This document shows positions 46,735-54,611 of a DNA stretch of 55,679 nucleotides, piece by piece. Both the position numbers and the translations under genes were made by a program. Position 1 is the stretch's first letter, and the number at the start of each line of letters is the position of its first letter. The notes beneath the pieces are model-generated. The model did not search any database and was not told the DNA's origin. It was given only the letters and a program-made list of their open reading frames with translations. This DNA comes from an uncultured Methanosarcinales archaeon (GTDB taxonomy: Archaea; Nanobdellota; Nanobdellia; Woesearchaeales; CAYZNE01), in NCBI GenBank assembly GCA_964461035.1, contig CAYWRI010000001.1:43394-99072 (forward strand). Reading direction: 5' to 3'.

Positions 46735-49281
46735 TTAAGTTTTCTCTTTTAAAGACAAGGATGATTTTTTATCTTCAATACATTTCATTAACTCTTCTTC
46801 AAGTAATTGAGTGTCTGACGTTATTTTGATACTAGCTATACAAGTATTTGTTTTTTTAACTAGTTCTTCATCATACCTTCCACCACTATTACAAGGAAAT
46901 TCGTCTATTATCTCAGTTATGTATTGAAGAATAAAGCTAGAATCAAAAGATTCAATAACTTCATTACAATCCACATCTGCAGAAATTAATTGCCAATCTT
47001 CAAACGCAATCATTTCTGCTGAATATCTTAAGACCAAAGCAACATCGTATGAATCAATAACTCCATTACCATCAACATCACCTAATGGGTGAGTGTTTGC
47101 ACAAGTTCCATCTAATTGACAATAAGTTTCTTCTGAACAACCACATTGCTGACAATTATTAATTAATTCGCCTTCAACACAATAGAACGGCTGTTCGTCA
47201 GAACAAGAATCATCCATGGTTCCATCATCACAAGTAATCCAAACTTCATTGCAATATAAATAATTTTCATTATACGCTGGCCACCCATCTGCGCAAGAAC
47301 TTACTTCACCGAAATTATTTCCATAACCTGAAGTACTTTCTGAACCCGCACACAAAACATCTCCCATAAAAGTGTCTGAGTCACAAATTCTATTATTTGT
47401 AATTATTGTATTATGGGAAAGTAAAATAGATAATCCTGCATCAAACATTAGATATCCAAAAGAATAAATAATATTGTTATTTATTAAAGTTCCATCATTT
47501 GTAATATGCAGTTTAATTCCCCCTTTATTGCTATTATTGATATTGTTGTTTATTAAGGAAAAATTGTCTGAGTTTTCTATGAGTATTCCTTCTAAACCAT
47601 TATTATTGATATTGTTGTTTATTAAGGAAAAATTGTCTGAGTTTTCTATGAGTATTCCTTCTAAAGAACTATTGGTTAGATTATTATCAATTATGAAAAA
47701 ATGGGTTGAATCCTTTATGATGATACCCTCCTTAGTAAAACAAATACTATTATTAACTATAGATATATTGTGTGAGTTCCATATGTTAATTTTCGATTTA
47801 TGGTTCATAATATTGTTTTTTATTTCAACATTGTTAGTTTCCGAACCTAAATCAAAAGACTGTCCATTATGACTAAAAGAATTATTAGTAAGTAATAAAT
47901 TTTCAGAATAAGAAAAATCAAATCCTGCATTAAAACCTGCAAGAATACAATTTTTTATAGTTGCATTATTAACGTGCCATAACTCCAAATAAGTTCCCGA
48001 ACTTGGTTTTGGAGCAACAATTTCTGCTTGTTCTAGCGCATCACAATCTATTAACAAATTATTCTCATATATGATTTGAATTGTGGGTTCATCGTAATTA
48101 TACACCCAAATTTCGGTTTCGACAACATTATCTTTACTAAATCCTTGAGTTTCTTGATTTAAATCAGAAACTATAATTTCAAATTTTAGAATAGTATATT
48201 GTAATTTACTAATAGTCCAAGTAAAATCTGTTACTTCTATAAAATTTTGATTAGGAACTGCATTAACAAATCGTGTTTCTTCTAATATGTTATCAATATA
48301 AAAATTAACCTGTAATTCTGAAAGTTCTAAATTATTATATCCTGAAAAATTTATTGTTAAATTAAAAATTTTTTCTAGATTTTCAGAGTCAAATATGATA
48401 TTAGAACCATAGTAACCTTGAAATACATTGAAACTTGATTCAAGTTTATCAATCCAAACATTTTTTAATAGATTTACTGAAAAGTCATCGTCATTTAAAT
48501 CCTTTATAAGATTACCTTCAGAATCCTCAACACAATTATTACTACAATTAGTAGTATCTTCAGATTTACCCCAATAACAATAATCATCATTATCATTATC
48601 AGAACAATAAACAGAAATATCATTTGTTGGATAGGGATATTTAGAGAAACCAAACGCACTTAATTCATTTAAAATAACATATCCTTCTTCCCCCCAGTCT
48701 TCTCCCCACGAATTTTTAATAATAAGATTATCATCTTCAGTATATCCTGTAAAAACCATTGCATGTCCCCAAGACCCCACCACTACTCCTCCAGGACCAT
48801 ATTTAAATAAACTTGATTTCGTTGAATAGGGAGAGAGATATTCTGTTGTTAAGTCGCCAATATTCCACGCATTTTCAGGATTTTCACAAATATTACAAGC
48901 AATATTTTCTGCCTGATAAGGGAAGCAATCTTCTAAAACCAATGAACCGTCTAAAAGATATTCATATGCATTACTTACTCCGCCACCAGCACAATCTCCA
49001 CAATCCTCGCAACACTCACCATCATTTGAAACTAATTGTTGTTCAGATAAATCAACATCTAACTGTTGATTGTAAAATAAATTTATTTGACCTTCAATTG
49101 ATCCAACAGCAGAAAAAGCCCAGCAACTTCCACATTGTTCCTGATTTTTAACAGGGGTCATCCAATTTTGACCCATGTAATCACGGTAATCTAAAGAATC
49201 TGGATAATTCCCTAGAGATTCTGCATTCACTAAAGATATTAACAGTAAAGATAATAAGATTAATAAAAATATTTTTTTCAT
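46735..49281 (-). CDS. secreted papain-family (C1A) cysteine protease with Ig-like domain, parallel beta-helix repeats, Cys-rich region and C-terminal dockerin + tail
   Basis: Signal peptide; DYR...WMTPVKNQEQCGSCWAFS, DLSEQQLV, GHAMVFTGY, KNSWG; IENSDNFSLINNNI repeats; GDVDGNGVIDSYD / ADVDCNEVIESFD. Confidence 0.9.
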   Translation of the reverse strand: MKKIFLLILLSLLLISLVNAESLGNYPDSLDYRDYMGQNWMTPVKNQEQCGSCWAFSAVGSIEGQINLFYNQQLDVDLSEQQLVSNDGECCEDCGDCAGGGVSNAYEYLLDGSLVLEDCFPYQAENIACNICENPENAWNIGDLTTEYLSPYSTKSSLFKYGPGGVVVGSWGHAMVFTGYTEDDNLIIKNSWGEDWGEEGYVILNELSAFGFSKYPYPTNDISVYCSDNDNDDYCYWGKSEDTTNCSNNCVEDSEGNLIKDLNDDDFSVNLLKNVWIDKLESSFNVFQGYYGSNIIFDSENLEKIFNLTINFSGYNNLELSELQVNFYIDNILEETRFVNAVPNQNFIEVTDFTWTISKLQYTILKFEIIVSDLNQETQGFSKDNVVETEIWVYNYDEPTIQIIYENNLLIDCDALEQAEIVAPKPSSGTYLELWHVNNATIKNCILAGFNAGFDFSYSENLLLTNNSFSHNGQSFDLGSETNNVEIKNNIMNHKSKINIWNSHNISIVNNSICFTKEGIIIKDSTHFFIIDNNLTNSSLEGILIENSDNFSLINNNINNNGLEGILIENSDNFSLINNNINNSNKGGIKLHITNDGTLINNNIIYSFGYLMFDAGLSILLSHNTIITNNRICDSDTFMGDVLCAGSESTSGYGNNFGEVSSCADGWPAYNENYLYCNEVWITCDDGTMDDSCSDEQPFYCVEGELINNCQQCGCSEETYCQLDGTCANTHPLGDVDGNGVIDSYDVALVLRYSAEMIAFEDWQLISADVDCNEVIESFDSSFILQYITEIIDEFPCNSGGRYDEELVKKTNTCIASIKITSDTQLLEEELMKCIEDKKSSLSLKEKT
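47532..47665. repeat. exact 65-bp tandem duplication (69-bp period) adding one beta-helix turn
   Basis: 47532-47596 is identical to 47601-47665; the protein has LEGILIENSDNFSLINNNINN twice. Confidence 0.9.
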
Positions 49282-50162
49282 CTTCTTAATCCCCCATTAA
49301 TTGTATCATCAACCGTATAGACCCCTCCTTTATAGAAGAAGAACTCATAAGGTATTCTTAGTGTTTCTGTGTCATATTGAAGTTGTTTTAAATCTCGATA
49401 AAGCTTTTTTGAAACAGTAGTATCTCCTGATGTCCAATCCAAATTTTTTTTCCCAACATAATAGTTTACCAAATCAACTTTAGCATTATGTTGCTCAGTT
49501 CTTAAATCTGTCTGAGTTTTATCTGTTCTTTTATCAGTAAAGCTTTGGAAATTTATTTTATCAATCTCTATTTTTGAATCAAGTAATTCTACTTCTATTG
49601 ATTTCACAATTACTGGAGAATCAAATAAGCAAGTTTCTTCACAAATATTATCGAATTGAGCATAATTATCAATGAACATAAAATCACTACCCAAAATTAA
49701 CCATTTTTGATTATTAGAATCTACCATTATTATTCTTGCAAACCCTGAAGAGGAATATATTCTTGTATTACCTGAAACACTAATAGCTGAAATTGGAGTG
49801 GAAGGTATATTAAAATTGACATCAAAATGTGAAACTTCAGGAATAGAATCAGAAGAATATGAAGTATCATGATCATATTTAAATTTTTCATTAATTACTT
49901 TTTTTTCTACAGGCGTGTCTTTTTTAATGGAAAAAAGATTAACATCAGAATCAGATAGAACATTTTCGCCGGTAGAAAGAATGCTTGCAGAATCTAAAGT
50001 TTCTAAAGAACTAGAAGATTTGGTTACTCTATCAGGTAAAGATTTCCTAAACTTAGCATCGCCTGCAATATTATCATTACAACCTGATAAAACGATTACT
50101 AGAAGAATAATTAAAATAAAAGCTAAAAAGCTTAATTTCATAGATTTGAATTTATTATTCAT
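49278..50162 (-). CDS. secreted/lipoprotein-like protein resembling a C1A protease prodomain; overlaps the protease gene by ATGA
   Basis: Signal peptide ending LSGC; C-terminal KVDLVNYY...WTSGDTTVSKK...FYKGGVY. Confidence 0.6.
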   Translation of the reverse strand: MNNKFKSMKLSFLAFILIILLVIVLSGCNDNIAGDAKFRKSLPDRVTKSSSSLETLDSASILSTGENVLSDSDVNLFSIKKDTPVEKKVINEKFKYDHDTSYSSDSIPEVSHFDVNFNIPSTPISAISVSGNTRIYSSSGFARIIMVDSNNQKWLILGSDFMFIDNYAQFDNICEETCLFDSPVIVKSIEVELLDSKIEIDKINFQSFTDKRTDKTQTDLRTEQHNAKVDLVNYYVGKKNLDWTSGDTTVSKKLYRDLKQLQYDTETLRIPYEFFFYKGGVYTVDDTINGGLRR

Positions 50163-50250
50163 TTTGTTTACCTCATACCAATTATAAAACTAGAAATTTA
50201 TAAAAGTTTACATAAAAAAACAATTTATTGATTATAAGACAATAAATTAA

Positions 50251-51273
50251 TCAATAATCAAAAATGCTTTTTTGCTTATTTAATTCTGCTGTTTTTTCTA
50301 GCTTTTCAAATAATCTGGCCATTCTTTCTTCAGAAAAATCGTGTTTGTCAACAAGAATAGCTCTTATTTTTTCTTTGTCAAAAGGTTTCCATTCTAAAGA
50401 ATAATCATCAATTACTGCTACATTGATTAGAGCATCATAAACATCTTTCCAATCAACAGTAAAATGATTAAACCACTTTACTTCTTCAAATAATTCTTCA
50501 GGTTTATCATATTTTTTTACTAAAGAAATTGCGGTTTTAGGACCAATACCTTTTATTCCACCAACATTATAATCAGTTCCTACAAGCATTGCTAATAATA
50601 TTAATTTTTTTCTATCAATTTGAAGATGATTAAGGGTCTCACTTAATTCAATTATTTCTGGATAAACTTTTTTGTAAGTAGCACCCATCTTTCTTTTTCC
50701 TGCAATATTAAGATTTCTTACAACTCTTGTTGCACCAAATAAAAGTGAGTCTGCATCTTGACTTACTATTGCATAAGCATCACCATTCGCAACAATTCTT
50801 GCAGCTTGTGCTTCTCCTTCACTTGGCGCTTGAACAATCGGAAGACCTATTGCATCAATTAATACTTTAGCTTCTTCGAGAAGATCAGGAGTTAAACGAG
50901 TTGTTCTTGAAGCGTATTTTTTCATGTCTGCAATATTTTCTTTAGCTTTAGCTGTTTCGTATTTTTCTTGAGCTGAAATTTTTACTTCTTTTCTTTTTTG
51001 CAATTCTTGTTTTTTAAGATCAGGAACTTTACCATCAAATACAAATATTATTTTTAAATTATTTTGAAGAAAATTTGTTAACCTTGATATTAAACCAATA
51101 AGATGACTTGTAACATTTCCATTTTTATCTGTTAATAAAGAACCATCCTGTTGTCTGATAGTTGTTAAAAATTGATACAACATATTTTGTCCATCGATAA
51201 CTAATGTTTTACCTGACAGTTCCTTAATACTTGTCTCTTTAATTTTTAAAAGTGATGTTATTGCTGTTCCCAT
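50251..51273 (-). CDS. fen: flap endonuclease 1
   Basis: MGTAI, IDGQNMLYQFLTTIRQQDG, FVFDGK, APSEGEAQ, SQDADSLLFG, GTDYN..GIKGIGPKTA, QKSIFDY PIP box. Confidence 0.97.
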   Translation of the reverse strand: MGTAITSLLKIKETSIKELSGKTLVIDGQNMLYQFLTTIRQQDGSLLTDKNGNVTSHLIGLISRLTNFLQNNLKIIFVFDGKVPDLKKQELQKRKEVKISAQEKYETAKAKENIADMKKYASRTTRLTPDLLEEAKVLIDAIGLPIVQAPSEGEAQAARIVANGDAYAIVSQDADSLLFGATRVVRNLNIAGKRKMGATYKKVYPEIIELSETLNHLQIDRKKLILLAMLVGTDYNVGGIKGIGPKTAISLVKKYDKPEELFEEVKWFNHFTVDWKDVYDALINVAVIDDYSLEWKPFDKEKIRAILVDKHDFSEERMARLFEKLEKTAELNKQKSIFDY

Positions 51274-51277
51274 TTTA

Positions 51278-52513
51278 TTATTTTCCAAAATTTTCTACAA
51301 TCATCACATTATGGAATAATGTGTTTGTTTTTTGTTTTGTTTTTTTGCTTAGTTCTCCTGATGTAATGAATGCGACAGGAAGATGTTTTGATTGTCCTAT
51401 TACTATTGCGGTGCTTATATCTGAATCATTACACCTTTTTTTATTTTTGAATTTAGCAAAAAATCTTGAAAAGCCAATTGTGGTTTTTACTTTTATTACC
51501 AGATCATATTCTTTTCCTTTTCGAACTAAAGATGCACTTTCTAAAACTATATTTTTATCTTCAAGAGCTCTTTTTACTTCAATAAAGGTAGTATCTACTT
51601 TTAATTTATCATCTATATTTATTTCTGCTTCAAGTACATCCTGTGATTCTTTTGGTTTTGTAATATTTTCTTTTGGTTTAACCGTAGTTATGTTTTTTAA
51701 TAATTCTTTTCTAGAAGATTCATCTTTTTTATCTGAGACTTTAATAGTTTTACTTTGAGCAGATTTTGTTAAAGTTTCTTCTTTTACAGAAGTTGTTGAT
51801 TCAGGCTTTGATGATTGAGTTATTTTTTTTGATTCAACTTCTGATTCTTTTTTCTTTACAACATCCTGTTTTTGTTCTGATAAATTAACTTGAGCAGGTT
51901 CTTCAAGATTTTTAAGTGCAGGATTTAATATTTCTCTTATTCTTTGTTTAGCTTCTTCCTCTTTAATTAAATAATAAACCCAGAATATTTCTGATTCATC
52001 ATCAGAATGATTTACTTTTATAGGTATTGCAAAATCTTTTATTTTTCTTATTGATGCCCTAACAAAAAGTGTTTGGTCATAATCTCTTAAAACTTTTTTC
52101 TCTTTAAGAAGATGTACTGTTCCTTGATCTTTTTCATTTAAATATTGAGTAAGATATTCTAATTTTGCGTTTTGTTCAGGAAAATAATAAAAAACACTTG
52201 AACCTAATTGCACAGATGTTACCTTAACAAGTTTTTTATTTACAAATTCAGATAAATATGCAGATATTATTACAGAATCAGCATGAAGTTCCCTTTTTAA
52301 CTGATTAATTGTTATTGGACCTTTTTGTTTGACAATTTCCAAAACTTTATCTTGATTAACATTTTTTAAGAATATATTTGGTTTTGAAGTAGAATTGTGA
52401 GATTTTGCATTTGAATTTTGAGAATTTGTATTATTATTACTTTTTTCTGTAAGATTTCGAGCATTTATAATACTTTCACCCTTATTTATTAGTATTCTGC
52501 CATGATTTTCCAT
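51278..52513 (-). CDS. hypothetical protein: N-terminal winged-helix-like domain, low-complexity linker, C-terminal alpha/beta domain
   Basis: VLEIVKQKGPITINQLKREL...SAYLSEFVNKKLV; likely ATG at 52513 (the track ORF's extension overlaps the divergent gene's promoter region). Confidence 0.65.
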   Translation of the reverse strand: MENHGRILINKGESIINARNLTEKSNNNTNSQNSNAKSHNSTSKPNIFLKNVNQDKVLEIVKQKGPITINQLKRELHADSVIISAYLSEFVNKKLVKVTSVQLGSSVFYYFPEQNAKLEYLTQYLNEKDQGTVHLLKEKKVLRDYDQTLFVRASIRKIKDFAIPIKVNHSDDESEIFWVYYLIKEEEAKQRIREILNPALKNLEEPAQVNLSEQKQDVVKKKESEVESKKITQSSKPESTTSVKEETLTKSAQSKTIKVSDKKDESSRKELLKNITTVKPKENITKPKESQDVLEAEINIDDKLKVDTTFIEVKRALEDKNIVLESASLVRKGKEYDLVIKVKTTIGFSRFFAKFKNKKRCNDSDISTAIVIGQSKHLPVAFITSGELSKKTKQKTNTLFHNVMIVENFGK

Positions 52514-52651
52514 TATAAACTCTGACAAGATTAGCATATATTTAAAAGTAGTGTTTTTCATTATTATATGCATCACAACATATTTACATATGCAAATATT
52601 TATAAAGTTAGGATTTTTAGTAATCATTATCTTAAAGTGGGGTGTATTAAC

Positions 52652-53251
52652 ATGGTAAATACTGACTTTAACCTTGATATGGATAATTATATTAGAAAAA
52701 TAAAAAAGAAAAGAACAGATCCTATAGATTATGATCATGGTGAAGCCAAAGGAAAAACTGTTTTATCAAGCGAGAGCATTGATCAGTTTAGTGATAAAGA
52801 AATTATTATTGAATCTCAGGAAGATAATAAATTTAAACGATTTATATTATCAATATTCAGTCGACCTAAAAATACTGATGAAGATGAATTTGAATGTGTT
52901 GTTGAAGAAGAAATTGATGGAAAACCTGTAGAAAATATGACTGAGCAAGATGTTGAAGAACTTGAGGACGATATTGAAGAATTAGAAGTAGAAACAGAGG
53001 GATTTTTTCACAAATTATTAAAGTTGTTCAGTTCAAGAAGAAATGATGAATACATAGATGATGAAGAGTTTTATGAATCCGATACTGATAATGAACCTGA
53101 AATGCTTAGTGATACAAAAAATGCATTTAAAGCAATTAATAACTGGCTTAATAAATTATCTCCTGAGGAAAAAGAGAAATTTAAAGATTCAATGGACTTT
53201 AAAATATACAAAGCATTTCTTGAAAAATACAATCTCATAAAAAAAGATTGA
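52652..53251 (+). CDS. highly acidic hypothetical protein
   Basis: ATG at 52652 after a GGGGTG SD-like motif; Asp/Glu-rich. Confidence 0.6.
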   Translation: MVNTDFNLDMDNYIRKIKKKRTDPIDYDHGEAKGKTVLSSESIDQFSDKEIIIESQEDNKFKRFILSIFSRPKNTDEDEFECVVEEEIDGKPVENMTEQDVEELEDDIEELEVETEGFFHKLLKLFSSRRNDEYIDDEEFYESDTDNEPEMLSDTKNAFKAINNWLNKLSPEEKEKFKDSMDFKIYKAFLEKYNLIKKD

Positions 53252-53364
53252 ATTATTTTTTTTAATTTCTTATTTTATTATTTAAAATAAACAATTCTAA
53301 TAATAATTAATGATTTTAATTAATTTATATTAGAAACAAAAGCATACCTGAAAAACTAATCGCT

Positions 53365-54552
53365 TTACTCATCAATATCTTCTAAATTCAAATCAGTTGT
53401 TTGAATTGTAGAATCAGGAAATATTGGCTCATACAAAATAAAATCAAAAGAGTCAGAAAATTTATCATAGTTTCTAGGAGTTCTAGCATAAATTGAATAA
53501 TAGTCATCATCAAAATCTGAATATTTTAGAAAAATATCATAATAAAATCTTTCAGGCATGCCTTTTATTCTTCTACCAATATTTTCCGAAGCTATTGCAA
53601 CAGATTCACCGTAGGTTAATCTATTCGTTTTATCGGGAGATAACAATAAACCTCTCACATGACCTAATTCATGAATTAAAGCAATAGCGGGGTCACTAAA
53701 CGAAATTTCTTGCCCCCACTTGCCAAGATTTAAAACAGAATTATCAATAGACGTAGATTCTTGAATAACTAAATGATTCTTACCTATAAAAAATCCTGCA
53801 GGATTTAAACTTCTCATATAAACAATATTAACTTCTTCTGAATGTTCAATAACATCATTAATTATTCTAAATAAACTCCTCTTATCACTATTTGTTCCAT
53901 CGTAAACCTCTTTTGAAGTAATATATCCAAAATCATCAGCATAAAATAAATCATCCTCAAAAAAAGAATTTAAGTTATCAACAACATTAACAAGAGTATC
54001 ATCAAAATTTAAAACTTCACGATTAGCATCTTCACCCAAAACATAAGTTGAAATATCAACAATATTAAGAAGAGTATCTTCAAGATAAACATTCTCATCA
54101 TCAATATAAGTTGAAATATCCATACATGCCTCAGAAACAGGAACCACTTTAAGTCGCATACCATCAGGATCAATCATATTCATAGGATTATTGGAAACAT
54201 AAGAATAAGCATGATTATTACTCACAGGATCAACTCCAAGGAACTTACTAGAATCAAAATCATAATAGCGTGCATTAAAATAATAATTATTACTTGCATC
54301 TAATTCCTTACCCGTAAAACCAAACTTAACATTACTATTTTTTAATTGTTGACCATACGGTAAATTATTTGATTCAGCAACAACATTCTCATCGTCAAGA
54401 GTTAATCTATCACTACCCAATCTATCATTAATTTTAAAAGAAATCTCATTACCAACAATTTTAAAATCAGAACCATAACGCGTAATTGTTGAAGTAGCTA
54501 CACTGCTTAAACAAAATAAAAATAGTAATAAAAATATGATAAATTTATTCAT
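53365..54552 (-). CDS. mini-Rhs protein 5: signal peptide + Rhs core (DPDG) + HExGH zincin-like C-terminus
   Basis: Rhs-core motifs; DPAIALIHELGHV...GESVAIASENIGRRIKGMPERFYY. Confidence 0.85.
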   Translation of the reverse strand: MNKFIIFLLLFLFCLSSVATSTITRYGSDFKIVGNEISFKINDRLGSDRLTLDDENVVAESNNLPYGQQLKNSNVKFGFTGKELDASNNYYFNARYYDFDSSKFLGVDPVSNNHAYSYVSNNPMNMIDPDGMRLKVVPVSEACMDISTYIDDENVYLEDTLLNIVDISTYVLGEDANREVLNFDDTLVNVVDNLNSFFEDDLFYADDFGYITSKEVYDGTNSDKRSLFRIINDVIEHSEEVNIVYMRSLNPAGFFIGKNHLVIQESTSIDNSVLNLGKWGQEISFSDPAIALIHELGHVRGLLLSPDKTNRLTYGESVAIASENIGRRIKGMPERFYYDIFLKYSDFDDDYYSIYARTPRNYDKFSDSFDFILYEPIFPDSTIQTTDLNLEDIDE

Positions 54553-54611
54553 ATAATCAAATTAGATTTAAACGTTTAAAAATATATTCATTTAAAAGAA
54601 ACAGATTAAAA

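Noticed and set aside
1-49281. A true cellulosome
   Set aside because: The dockerins are attached to a beta-propeller protein and a protease; no glycoside hydrolase or cohesin scaffoldin is in the window.
52652-53251. Acidic protein as immunity partner of Rhs copy 5
   Set aside because: It is convergent rather than co-transcribed, and no comparable gene flanks the other four copies.
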